A stretch of 50,630 nt of DNA from Basidiobolus meristosporus CBS 931.73 (lineage: Eukaryota; Fungi; Basidiobolomycota): positions 1 through 50,630 of the forward strand of contig MCFE01000641.1 in the NCBI GenBank assembly GCA_002104905.1, in the 5' to 3' direction. A program made the position numbers and the translations under genes. The notes under the pieces are model-generated. The model was not told the origin of the DNA. It saw only the letters and a list, made by a program, of their open reading frames with translations, and ran no database searches. Positions 1 through 11,743 of the stretch are shown here, piece after piece (position 1 is the first letter of the stretch; each line of letters opens with the position of its first letter).

Positions 1-43
1 GAGAAGAAAATATCTTTACTACAAAGATGCTGCAGGAGAAGAA

Positions 44-3000
44 ATGAAAAATCTAATTAACAGAATTACCCTGCTGGTAGATGAGATGGAATCTGTGGGC
101 GTACCAACTACTGATGAGGATGTGATAGTTACCATCCTGAATAGCCTGACAGACGAGTTTCAGGGCCTTGTAACAGCCCTAGAGTCCAGAACTGAAGATT
201 TGACCTTAAATTACGTATATGGAAGGCTCCTGGATGAAGAATTAAGAAAATCAAGCGCCAATAAGAAGGAAGAAGAAAATGCTTTAATAAGCAATGATAA
301 CCAACAAAGGAGGTACCCAAGACCCTACAAAGGCAACAGCAACCTATTTTGCAACTACTGCAAAAGGAAAGGACACACATCAGACCGGTGTTTCAAAAAG
401 AGAGATTATCAGCAAAAGAAGCCTGAATATGGAAATGCTGCAACAACTGAAGATAGACTATTCATATCTGCACTAAATATGACCACAAACAAGGATTCTC
501 AGACGTGGTATATTGACTCTGGAGCTTCTCAACACTTTACACACCAAAAAGAACTTTTTACCCAATATCAAGAAATTCCAATTAAGAAGGTTTTCATGGG
601 TGACGATAGAACACTTGATGCAGTGGGAGAAGGAACTATCCAAGTAAACCTTAGAAGCAGTGAAGGAAGCCATACACTGACCTTTAAAGAAGTACTCTAT
701 GTACCAGAAATAGCCAAGAACCTACTCTCTGTAAGCAAGGCCACAGCAGAAGGACTCAGTTTCAGTTTTGACAATTCTGGATGCAGGATCACTGATCAAA
801 ATGGTGCTCATATTGCTTCAGGCATCAGAGATCAGAACCTATACAAGTTGACTTATATTCCATCATATCTGGAAGCCAATATAAGTAACTTAAATGAAGA
901 AACACCAATGCTTTGGCACAGGAGATTTGGACACATCAATTTTGATTATTTGCGTAAAATGATCAAAGATCAGCTAATTTCTGGAGTGAAAATTGATCCC
1001 CCAGCTAATTTGGAGCACTGTGAAGCCTGCATATATGGGAAACAAGTCAGACAACCGTTCAAGAGCTCTGGGTTAATCAAAACTAAGAAAAAATTAGATC
1101 TAATTCACTCAGATCTGTGTGGACCTATGCAAAATTTATCCTTAGGCGGGATGAAGTATTTAATCACTTTTATTGATGATTATACAAGATACACATGGGT
1201 CTACTTCATGGAGAGAAAGGAAGAAGCTCTGTCTAAGCTCAGGGAGTTTAAAGCCATGGTGGAGAGAGAAACTGGTGAAAAAATCAAGAAAATACGCTCT
1301 GACAATGGAGGAGAATATACCTCAAAACTCTTCATCCACTTCTGCAAAATTCATGGGATAAAGCAAGAGACTACTGTACCATACTCCCCACAGCAAAATG
1401 GAGTAGCAGAACGAGCTAACAGATCAATAATTGATATGGCAAGATCTATGATCCATGATCAAAAATTATCCTATGATTTTTGGGCGGAATCAGTTGCCAC
1501 TGCTGTATATCTTAAAAATAGGAGTTATAACAGAATACTTTGTGATTCTACTCCATTTGAAGCATGGTATGGATACAGACCAAGTGCAGAACATCTAAGA
1601 ATATTTGGGTGTACAGCATATGCCAAAAAACTGGCCGGAAATCAGTCAAAATTTGAGCCAAAAAGTGTAAAATGCATATTTTTGGGCTACTGCAATGAGA
1701 GTAAGGCATACAGACTCTACAATACCGAAGCAAAGAAGCTGATCAAGTCCAGGGATGTGTTGTTTGATGAAAATTCAAAATTTTCACAAAAAATGACATC
1801 AGATGATGACGAAAATTTGATCTCAAGTCCACCAATTGTCAGGATTGAATCAGAGCAAAACAATGAAAATTTTTTCACTCCAGAGGACTCTACAACCGTG
1901 GTTCAGCCAGAATCAGTGCCCAGGAATATCCCAGAAGTGATCATTCCAGTATCAAATGCCCGGAGATCCAATCGGACAAGAAATAGCCCAAATTACTATA
2001 TCAATGAGGGTACAAACTTAGCCTATGCCTATTCAGTCCATGTTGATGAACCCCAGACTGTAAAAGAGGCCCTAAATAGCCCTCAGACAAAGTTTTGGAG
2101 ATCTGCAATGACTGAGGAATATCAGGCCCTGATGGAAAATCAAACTTGGGACTTAGTCAAATTACCAATCAACCGAAAATCAATTGGATGCAGATGGGTC
2201 TTTAAGACAAAATACAAGGCTGATGGTACAATTGAAAGATACAAAGCAAGGCTTGTAGCCAAAGGTTACTCTCAAACAAAAGGACTTGACTATACTGAGA
2301 CCTTTGCACCGGTAGCCAAGTTTAATTCCATCAGATTAATATTGGCTATTGCAGCCAAATATAAGTTTTTTATTCATCAAATGGATGTAAAAACTGCATT
2401 TTTGAATGGAGAACTTGATGAGGACGTGTATATGGACCAGCCTGATGGGTTTGTTGACCAAGATAACCCCCATTTGGTCTGCAAGCTTAAAAAGTCACTA
2501 TATGGTCTCAAACAATCACCGAGAGCCTGGAATTGCAAGATAGATTCTTATTTGGAATCTTTGAGTTTCAAAAGGAGTAATGCTGACTATAGTATATACT
2601 ATAAGCCAGATAGAGCAAATCCAGTTCTATTAGCTCTATATGTGGATGATCTTATTATAGCCACCAATAACCTAGAAACATTGGAAGAGACTAAATCCAG
2701 CCTATCTAAGGAGTTCAAGATGTCCGATCTAGGAGAACTTAGTTACTACTTAGGGATTAAGTTCTCCATAGACAGAAGTACCCAGACTATTACCCTAAGC
2801 CAATCCAAGTATATTCAAGATATACTAAAGAAGTACAAAATGGAAGATTGTAAACCGGCAGCTACCCCAATGGAGACAAACCTTAACTTGGTCAAAACTC
2901 AACCAAATCAAGAGAGCTTGGTGCCATCTGAAAGCCCTGACTTTCCTTATCAATCTATGGTCGGCAGTCTGATGTATATCATGCTTGGAACACGTCCAGA

Positions 3001-3619
3001 TATCTCATATTCAGTGGGAGTTGTCAGCCAACATAATCAGAATTATGGATCTGATCATATTGCAGCAGTTAAGCGGATTTTTAGATACCTAAAAGGAACT
3101 GCTGATATCTGCTTAAGATACACTTATAAGGATTCAGAACAGGATCTTGTGGGATACTCTGATGCTGATTGGGGACGAAATTTAGAAGACAGAAGATCCA
3201 CCACAGGATACACCTTTCTTTACTGTAAAGGAGCAATTTCATGGAATTCAAGAAAGCAACCAACCGTAGCACTTTCTACTACAGAGGCAGAATATATGGC
3301 AGCCTGTGAGGCTACAAAAGAAGCAATGTGGTTAAGAAAGCTGTTTACAGATTTAGGCCTATGTCAAAAAACGCCTATTACTTTATTTCAAGATAATCAA
3401 GGATGTATACAATTAGGTAGAAATCCAACTTTTCATGCTAGAACCAAGCACATAGATATTAGACATCATTTCATACGTGAAGCTATAGAGAATAACTTAG
3501 TTAGCTTAGTTTACTGTCCTACAGATGAAATGATTGCAGACATATTTACCAAACCATTAGCTAGAGACAAGTTTGAATATCTTAGGTCAAAATTAGGACT
3601 AGTCAGTATGAACATTTAG
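44..3619 (+). CDS. Copia gag-pol polyprotein (gag C-terminus, zinc knuckle, protease, integrase, RT, RNase H); frame is open upstream to the window start
   Basis: CNYCKRKGHTSDRC knuckle; WYIDSGASQH protease; LWHRRFGH/CEAC; IHSDLCGP, RSDNGGEY, QQNGVAER integrase; QMDVKTAFLNG, LYVDD RT; YSDADW, STTEAEY, IADIFTKPL RNase H. Order PR-IN-RT-RH is copia-type. Confidence 0.97.
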   Translation: MKNLINRITLLVDEMESVGVPTTDEDVIVTILNSLTDEFQGLVTALESRTEDLTLNYVYGRLLDEELRKSSANKKEEENALISNDNQQRRYPRPYKGNSNLFCNYCKRKGHTSDRCFKKRDYQQKKPEYGNAATTEDRLFISALNMTTNKDSQTWYIDSGASQHFTHQKELFTQYQEIPIKKVFMGDDRTLDAVGEGTIQVNLRSSEGSHTLTFKEVLYVPEIAKNLLSVSKATAEGLSFSFDNSGCRITDQNGAHIASGIRDQNLYKLTYIPSYLEANISNLNEETPMLWHRRFGHINFDYLRKMIKDQLISGVKIDPPANLEHCEACIYGKQVRQPFKSSGLIKTKKKLDLIHSDLCGPMQNLSLGGMKYLITFIDDYTRYTWVYFMERKEEALSKLREFKAMVERETGEKIKKIRSDNGGEYTSKLFIHFCKIHGIKQETTVPYSPQQNGVAERANRSIIDMARSMIHDQKLSYDFWAESVATAVYLKNRSYNRILCDSTPFEAWYGYRPSAEHLRIFGCTAYAKKLAGNQSKFEPKSVKCIFLGYCNESKAYRLYNTEAKKLIKSRDVLFDENSKFSQKMTSDDDENLISSPPIVRIESEQNNENFFTPEDSTTVVQPESVPRNIPEVIIPVSNARRSNRTRNSPNYYINEGTNLAYAYSVHVDEPQTVKEALNSPQTKFWRSAMTEEYQALMENQTWDLVKLPINRKSIGCRWVFKTKYKADGTIERYKARLVAKGYSQTKGLDYTETFAPVAKFNSIRLILAIAAKYKFFIHQMDVKTAFLNGELDEDVYMDQPDGFVDQDNPHLVCKLKKSLYGLKQSPRAWNCKIDSYLESLSFKRSNADYSIYYKPDRANPVLLALYVDDLIIATNNLETLEETKSSLSKEFKMSDLGELSYYLGIKFSIDRSTQTITLSQSKYIQDILKKYKMEDCKPAATPMETNLNLVKTQPNQESLVPSESPDFPYQSMVGSLMYIMLGTRPDISYSVGVVSQHNQNYGSDHIAAVKRIFRYLKGTADICLRYTYKDSEQDLVGYSDADWGRNLEDRRSTTGYTFLYCKGAISWNSRKQPTVALSTTEAEYMAACEATKEAMWLRKLFTDLGLCQKTPITLFQDNQGCIQLGRNPTFHARTKHIDIRHHFIREAIENNLVSLVYCPTDEMIADIFTKPLARDKFEYLRSKLGLVSMNI

Positions 3620-3630
3620 CTGAGTGGGAG

Positions 3631-3979
3631 TGTTGTAAAAATTCGTAATTCCACCTAAATATTCACCTAACTTAGTCACTTAGATCATTTCCCTCAAATT
3701 CTAGAGAATACTGACCAAATTCCTTGTCGGGATTTACTTAGAATATTTTCACCAAAATATCAGGTACCCAGAACATGAAAATTCTCAAAGTTGTCCAAAC
3801 AGCCCCAAACTTTGCACACATGTTCTTGGGACCTTCCTTAACCTATTCTACGTGTTTGTAATGCCAAGACCAGGTAAAAGTATAAATACCACTTTTACAT
3901 TCAATAAATCATTAAGTGAAAACCACATAATCTACTTGTTCTCCCAATCACTTCCAATATCTCCAAGACTCTTACAACA
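3631..3979 (+). repeat. 3' LTR of copia-1
   Basis: TGTTG...CAACA termini directly after the PPT; homologous to LTRs at 4745, 27674, 31915, 32574, 32930 and 36409. Confidence 0.95.
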
Positions 3980-5092
3980 GTATCTTGTATAATCATCAAT
4001 AAAAGTGATTAAATAACTCATCCAACCTGAGGATAAATTTGGCATTGGTCCACACAGATCTGAGTGAATTAGATCTAATTGTTTCTTATTTTTGATTAAC
4101 CCAAAGCTCTTGAACAGCTGTCTGGCTTGTTTCCCATATAGGCAGGCTTCACAGTGCTCCAAATTAGCTGGGGGATCAATTTTTACTCTAGAAATTAGCT
4201 GATCTTTTTGCACAAATAATCAAAATTGATGTGCCCAAATCTCCTGTGCCAAAGCATTGGTGTTTCTTCATTTAAGTTACTTATATTGGCTTCTAGATAT
4301 GCTGGAATATAAGTCAACTTGTATAGATTCTGATCTCTGATACCTAAAGCAATATGGGCACCATTTTTAACAGTGCTCCTGCCTCCATAATTGTCAAAGC
4401 TGAAATTGAGTCCTTCTGCAGTGACCTTGCTTACAGATAGTAGGTCCTTGGCTACTTTTGGTACATGGAATACTTCCTTGAAGGTAGTGTATGGCTTCCT
4501 TCACTGCTTCTAAGGCTTGACTGGATAGGTCCTTCTCCCACAGCATCAAGTATTCTATTGTCACCCATGAATACCTTCTTAATTGGAATTTCTTGGTATT
4601 GGGTAAAATTCTTTTTGGTGTGTAAAGTGTTGAGATGCTCCAGAGTCAATGTACCACATCTGAGAATCCTTGTTTGTGGTCATAGAAATTCCAGTAATAG
4701 CAGTAGTGGACATTGCAGAGAGTGACAGCTTGGGACTCATAATCTGTTGTAAGAGTCTTGGAGATACTGGAAGTGATTGTGAGAACAAGTAGATTATTTG
4801 GTTTTCACTCAATGATTTATTGAATGTAAAAGTAGTGTTTATAATTTTACATGGACTTGGCATAACAAACACATTGAATAGGGTTAGCAGAGTCTCAAGA
4901 GCATGTGTGCAAAGTTTAGGGCTGTTTAGACAGCTTATCTAATTTTCATGTTGTAGGTACCTGATATTTTAGTGAAAATATTCCAAATAAATCCTAACAA
5001 GGATTTAGTCAGTATTCTCTAGGATTTGAAGGTAATGATCCAAGTGACTAAGTTAGGTGAGTATTTAGGTGGAATCCCAAATTCTCACAACA
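3980..5092 (-). mobile_element. Inverted, internally deleted copy of the same copia family (LTR 4745-5092, gag start fused to protease, partial integrase), interrupted by copia-1
   Basis: Reverse-complement homology to copia-1 PR/IN (WYIDSGASQH, HCEAC, IHSDLCGP); the LTR is followed by a mutated PBS and the MSPKLSLSAM gag start. Confidence 0.92.
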
Positions 5093-6824
5093 CTGACAAG
5101 AATATCAACATCTGGGACTTTCCCTGAGACACTCTTATCATTGGGTTTGCAAAGGCTCCTTAAAGTAGAAGTGCTTTGTCTGAACTGAATCAAACAACAA
5201 GTGAGTATCATGCAATTATTTGAGCTCTCCAGATCACTTACAATACTCCCTAGAGTCCTGCAACAAGACCAAGGTTAACATTTCTCTTGCTGTCCCATGT
5301 ACATACTTTGCATCCCAGCCCCACCTGGCAAGCCACTTGCCAGGAGATACAAATTTCCTGGCTTATCAATATCTCACTGGAGAAACTCACTGGCTGTGAT
5401 TCCCCTAAATATACATTGCCCAGGAAAGGATCCTTCTTTAGAACAAGTGGAATAGATGTACATGTATATACTGGATGCCTATTAGTTGGCATTAAGCCCA
5501 GAAAGATCTCACTTTTCAATCAATCATCCCAATAGCCAATAAACCACCCCCCACCATCATTGGTAGCTTGGCTGTCTGGTTGACCAGCAGGCTTGAAGGA
5601 GGATCTGGGAGTATGAAGGGACCCAGCAACTGAGGGCAAAAGTTCTGCCACTTGGATGGTGATCCAGGCTCATGGTGAAGCAATTGATATGATGAGGATG
5701 GGATTGACCAATGGAAGGGATGGCAAATGTACCAAAAAAAATAACACCCACTCCTGTGGCAAACCCGGGTAGCAGGGTAACCAGGCCCCATATCCATCTC
5801 ATCTATGCCAGCCAGGAGTTTGTGGGAGTTGGGGAGGAGTTGGGGAGGAGAACCTGAACACTGCTTTCTTATACCAACCGGTCACACCATGGGCGTGATA
5901 AATCGGGTGTAGATGTGGTTTCAGGGGTACACAGCTGCACTACTGCTACTCGTACACCCAGGCGCTTACGAAAGAATGGATCAAGGCCTGTATGATGAGC
6001 ACCTGTTTGGTGCATCCTGCCAACGGGATCCCGTCAATCCATCAGAGGCAAGGTTCTGTAACTGGATGGGTCTGAGTGTTGGGGACGGAAAAGGAATAGT
6101 AAGCGGGGGGGTTAGTTCCCAAGATCGATCACCATTCATGAGACGAGGGGAGGCGTAGGCATCTACCGTGGACTTCACAAGGGCCAACCAGCCAGTGGCC
6201 CCCCCGGGATGTTCGATGGACGGATGGATGGCGTTCCGAAGACGAAGTCCAACACACTAGCGGCAGGTAAATCGATGGGTATGTGGTACGGAAGCCATGC
6301 GCTGAGAAAACACTGGGAGAGGCTTAAGATCTCAATGACTGTTTGTGCCCGGACAGTAGATGAAACACCATGCGTACCGCACCACGCCACACCACACCAC
6401 ATCGCACCCATTTGGCTTCAAGGTATAGGCCATCGGTTATTCCAGTGAGCAGGGAGGATCGGTTACCAGATAGGCCTATTCGCCGTGGCGTACGTCCGAT
6501 CGAGCAAGTGAGGTTATTCCCCGCAAGGTCGACATCAAATCACCGTGGACGGAGTGGTACACAGCCATCGGATGCAGGCCAACTCCAACCATTGCCTCGC
6601 ATTGCAGCACTCACTCGTGCGGAGTAACGAGGCATCATTACTGCCAGGACCGAGCACTCCGATGTGGATGCCGGCTGCATGTGGTGGTCACCCAACCATC
6701 CCGCAAATTCTCCTCTCCGCCGACGAGAAAATCTCCCTTAAAGCCGAGGCGGGGGACAAAAAGGCGGCTCCCCCTCCCCACCACCACCGAGGATTTCGTC
6801 CACACACACACCCACCAACCCATC

Positions 6825-8222
6825 ATGGCCCCGATAGCACCAGCCTTCACGGATTATCTTATCGGCTTCATCGTATCCTTGGCCGCGTCCTTCCTCAACG
6901 CCTTGGGTCTTAACATCATGAAGCGAGACCACTCCCGCAACGAAGCCCTTTCGACGGAACTCCAGAAGCACGAGTTCCTGCGGGTGAATTGGCACATCGG
7001 GCTATACCTTTACGCGGGGAGTCAAATGTTTGGTAACACCATCGCCTTAAGTGCGTCCACCCATTTCCCATTCCCTCTTTCCCCAGGAGGACCTTTACTT
7101 ACCAACCGACCCCCCCCGTTTACCAGATTATCTCAAGACCCAGTGGGTGGCCCCCCTGGGCGCGGTATCGTTGATCTTCAACTTCCTCTTCGCGAAGATG
7201 CTGGTCGGAACGCCCATCACTCGGAAAGACATCTACGGGACGGCGGTGGTGATCCTGTGCGTCGTCTGGATTGTTGTGTGGGGAGGTAGAGGGACCGGGG
7301 AGGATGGTAGGTGGGAGGAACCCGTGGTTGGTTGCGTGCCTTGACATTGACGTGCTCTATTCCACGATCTAGCGGAAAACGATTTGACCCTGGACCGACT
7401 GAAATCCCTGTATCTTCGGCCGGTGTTCATCGTCTACTTCTCCGTCCTCGACTTCATCACCCTGGTGGGCTTTCTCGCCGGGCTTTACGTGAAGTATTGC
7501 CTGGAGGGAGCTGCCGATCGCCACGTGACTCTGCTCGGGTACGTGGTCAGCCGGAGGAGGCTCGAGAAAACCCTGGGCATGTGTATGGCGGGGATTGGTG
7601 GCTTGGTGGCCAGCCAGACGCTGTTGCTGGCGAAAAGCGGGTAGGTTCCAGTGCATTTACCCCCGACGACCTGACTGCTAACGATTACCACAGCGTCAAA
7701 CTGTTCACCATCACCATGACACAGACCAACCAATTCACCGACAGCCTTTCCTTCCTAATCCTGGTGGGGTTGGTGATAACATCCGTCATGCAGGTAAGCA
7801 CCCGGACCCCCTCCCCCAGACCGTCAAAGGCTAGGCTTACTTACGACCGGGCCTGTTTCCCCTAGATCTACTGCCTCAACACCGGGCTTAAGCTGGCCGA
7901 CTCGGTGTTGATCGTCCCGATTTTCTTCGGATTCTACACCTCCACGGGTCTGATCAACACCATCATCTACCTAAACCAACTGGCGAACTACGAGGTATGG
8001 GTGCTCTCCCTGATCCTGGTGGGAATCTTCGCCCTGATCTACGGGGTGAGGCTGCTCTCCCAAGCCAAGCCCGACCCGGGGGCCAGTGTCGAGAGGCTCG
8101 AGTTCGGGAAAGAGAAACAGCTGAGGGTCAGCTACCGGAAACCCGACGACCCCATCAGATACTCCAAGAAATCCCATCTCTGGACCAACGACGACGACGG
8201 TTTTGAAAACATCAAGCTCTAA
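6825..8222 (+). CDS. NIPA/DUF803-family (EamA-like) magnesium transporter, 5 exons
   Basis: Introns at about 7051-7126, 7307-7372, 7641-7693 and 7794-7865 join MAPIAPAFTDYLIG..., WVAPLGAVSLIFN, LLAKSGVKL and YCLNTGLKLADSVLIVPIFFGFYT, which are typical NIPA segments. Confidence 0.85.
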
Positions 8223-8462
8223 CCCCCCCCCCCCCGAGGACACCCCGCTATCTACCGTTTATCCCCGAGAATGTAAATACCCAATAGATTAAAATAAACC
8301 GGCTTTTTGAACTTTCGAGCATGGAACGGAGGCGGGGTTTTGGAACAGAGGCGTGGTTTTAACTGTCTATTTATTGGATGTCTCGGTGGATGCTATCTAT
8401 ACTCGGTGAAAATGGGAACCTAGGCCAGCTTTGCAGTTGCTCAATTTCCGGACGGCACGGCC

Positions 8463-10423
8463 CTAGCCGACCCCATGATAGGTGATCCCTACGCTGGAGA
8501 CAGCGTCCTTGAGAGCAAACATGAACTGTGCTTCCGGTTAGTCGGTGTGCGGGGAGGGAAGGATGAAAATCCAAGCTTACCATGTTTCGGCGCTTCGAGT
8601 GCTCGCTCTCGTTCTGCCAGTTCCCTTTGTACGGGACCTCGATCTCGAGCGTCATCTGGCTAGGGTCAGGAAAGTCGCTCAGGGTGATCTTGGTTTCGTT
8701 CTTGAACTCCCGGCTACACTCGTTGAGGAATTGGACGAGCTTCAGTTCGAGTTGGTGGATCTGCTTCATCGTCGTGGAGCTGTCCACCAGCACCCGGAGA
8801 ATCTCCGAGATATCGCCGGAACGGCGGATGTTTTCGATGCTAGAGCCGGAGATGCTGTTGTTGGGGATGATGACCACGGTCCCTTCCGGAGTTTCAAAGA
8901 CCGTACTCAGGAGCCCCATCTCCTTCACGATGTAGGATTTGTCGTCGATGTTGACCCGGTCGCCTAGATACGCCTTAGATAAACATCCGATGACCAACTC
9001 AACCTGGCCCACTTACCTACGTCAAAGGGATGGCGGACAAAGAGGAACACGATGCTCTCGAAGACTGCCTGGGCTGAGGATCCGGTCATGAAGCTGACAG
9101 CTACCAGGATAGAACCGGCGGTAGCGATGTATGTTTCAAACTTGGAGACAAACGAGGCCACCAACACGAGAACGACGATCACATACACAATGGCCATGAG
9201 AATGGAATCCAGCTTGGCTGTGGAAAGAAAAGCAGTCAGAAACCCGGGGCAAATCACCAGCATCTACACACGAAACTACCTATTGCTTTGTCCAGATCCT
9301 TGAGGGATTTGGTCAGCGCTTGCTTTTCCTGGTAGATCTCCTGGAGAGAGAGAATCAGGTCATCCCGGACTATGTCGCCTTTCGAGTACTGGTCGAAGTA
9401 GACGAACGCCCGCTCGGCTCTCTCGACGGTCTGGAACACCTCCTTGAACTCCCTGACCGTAATCGCCTTCTTTTCCGGTGGGCACAGTGCGGCGAAAATC
9501 CGTCTGGCCAGCACTCGCGCATCGTGCGAGCTTTGCACGGCGTGAAAGGGCTCCGCCTTGTCGGTGCCCCCGGTGGCGATATCTGATGCGATGGTGCCCA
9601 GCGTCGAGGTGGTCTTCTCCAAGGCGTTCTTGGTCTGAGAGAGGAATCGGAAGACGGTGAACTTGGGTCTTCTGTGCGAGCTCATATCATCGATGATTGG
9701 CATTTCCTTCTCGCGCTCCCTGGTAAACTCGGCCAGTTTGTTGATGATGTTGATGGCATAGCGGTTGATTAGGATGCGATCCTGATAGGATGCCTTGTGG
9801 AATTTGACCGCGATCACCTGGAGAAACAGCTTCTCGATGGTGACGGCCGCACTGGTCACTATTAGAACGATGTATATTTTCTTGAGCCAGTCGGACCGGA
9901 AATCATTGGTGGTCGCTATGACGGCCTCGAATAGAACCCAGGTGACGATGCAAAACACAAGGAAAGAGATATAATTGTGGAGCTGTCGAACGTAGTTCAT
10001 GTACTGCTTCACCAGCGAGGTAAGCTCACCGAGCAGCATCTCCAACAGGTTGGGTAGGACGTGGATGAGGACCCTCGACAGGAAGAAGGTGGACCACAGG
10101 ATGATGGCGAAGACGCACCACCAACCCAGGGTGACCCCGGATATGTTCACCCGACGAAACACTGTGAAGTCCAACGCAGCAATAAGCCCGAATATACAGT
10201 CTACCGGCAAGACCAATATGGCGGTTCGTTGGAAGAGATTGAAACGGTAAAGCCACACCATAAAATGATCCCATCGGGTCTCAACCTCGGGGGTGATGGC
10301 ACCCATCTTCAAGGCAAGGTGGGATATATCATCATCCGAGCTGTGGATCGAGTTCTTCGAACTGTTGGCTTCTAAATCATAAGCGCCCTTTTCCATCGAA
10401 TGGTCAGCTTTTTCTTCGGCCAT
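8463..10423 (-). CDS. MscS-family mechanosensitive channel (Msy1/2-like), spliced
   Basis: IEKLFLQVIAVKFHKASYQDRI, EF-hand-like FDQYSKGDI, AVFESIVFLFVRHPFD(V)GDRVNID, IPNN, ENIRRS, KGNWQN; last exon FMFALKDAVSSVGITYHGVG*. Confidence 0.92.
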
Positions 10424-11743
10424 GCTTAGAAAAAGGGACTCCGGGCGGCCCAAGAGTCGGCAGGCTTCTTATATGCCACCATGAGAAAGGATAGAAAGAA
10501 CATGTTGTACTGATTTTCCTAACTAGGAAATGATACGGGGATTTTTTTAAGGAAGTGGCATCTGGGAATACTCATCTAGAATGATCAGTGAATTCTGGTG
10601 GGCGCCTTATTCGTTGGCTTCGATAGAAACCACCGCACCCTTACAATGATGCTGCTGGTCTTTTTAAGCTCATATTGCTTCCAAATCCTTGTCGATTGAA
10701 CAAATATGCACACAACCTCAATATACATGACGATTGGACTAATACGCACCCAGCACCCGTCCATCTAGCTGGCCTCAATCCCACTATATCCATTGATTTC
10801 CTCTGCCTGCATTGGCCCGCTTTATTGGCCTGTTTGCTGAATCGGATTGGATTGCCAGGAGATTTATTCAGGTTCCGACAAGGTCGACTAGGAAGCTTAA
10901 ACCCTATGCATAGTCTGATTACTGTCGTAACATCCTCTGCCCCATGATTGGGACTCCTTATAATTAGATTTGATTGAAATTCCCTCTATGGACCATACAA
11001 GAGTCAGGTCATACCATTGTTTTTCCTATTCAATATTGTACCACTGCCTAGTTAAGCAGTTTGTGTATCAGAAGTGCAGAACAAGCTGTTTGCCTCCATT
11101 ACGCCGCTATATCTATGGTGAAAGCACTCCGTCAAGCCTAACCAAGTTCACCTTTACCCTTGAAACGTACCCACCGGAGGCCTCTTTCTTTTCTTTTCTC
11201 TTCTTTTCCTTGGGAGGCCTCTTACTTTTCTTTCCCTGAGCAGTGTTAGATGGAAGAGGTACAGCAGCTTCTTAAAAGAGCAGAGGCCTGTCAGGGAGAT
11301 GGCGTTTTTGGAGTAGGTCCCGCGTTTCCTCTTTTGGTTACCCCTTTACTGATATCTCTGTCCTCCCTGTAGGACGCATATTTCATGTACTTGAATGTTC
11401 TGGAGGTGGCCACAAAGCAGCTGCGTTCCGTTGTGTTTGATAGAGAAGGTAAGGGGCGTTTCGGTTGTTGGCGACCCTGGTATTTTGGGATGGCCGCTTA
11501 TTTCCATACGCCTAGTTGTCATAAAGAAGCCGCGCCAGATCAACCTCCTGTTTGCCTCGTGCCAGAGGTCGCTCTCTGAGGCACAGACAATCGTTCAGAC
11601 ACATTCGATGAACATAGAAACGCAAAGTTTGGCCGACCAGAGCACCCACCAGCCTGAACAAGCCGTTCCCAACGAGGTGGAGTTCCGATACCAAACAAGC
11701 GCCCCCAGAAAACGAATGGTCGCAACGAAGCCTTTGAAAAGAC

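Larger units (their letters stand above)
1..3979 (+). mobile_element. Ty1/copia LTR retrotransposon (copia-1); 5' end lies outside the window
   Basis: Gag-pol ORF, then a purine tract (CTGAGTGGGAG) and a 349-bp LTR 3631-3979 bounded by TGTTG...CAACA. Confidence 0.97.

Noticed and set aside
1-46. Apparent compensating +1/-1 indels in copia-1 gag (RRKYLYYKDAAGEEM versus expected RRKFFTTKMLPGEEM)
   Set aside because: Could be consensus error at the window edge; there is no support for programmed frameshifting.
5250-5802. CpG-free ORF fragments with a faint resemblance to a flavoprotein (LLPGFA, NLGLVAGL)
   Set aside because: Similarity is too weak and fragmented to support any call.
5913-6627. 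Several short overlapping ORFs upstream of the NIPA gene
   Set aside because: No recognisable motifs or consistent exon structure.
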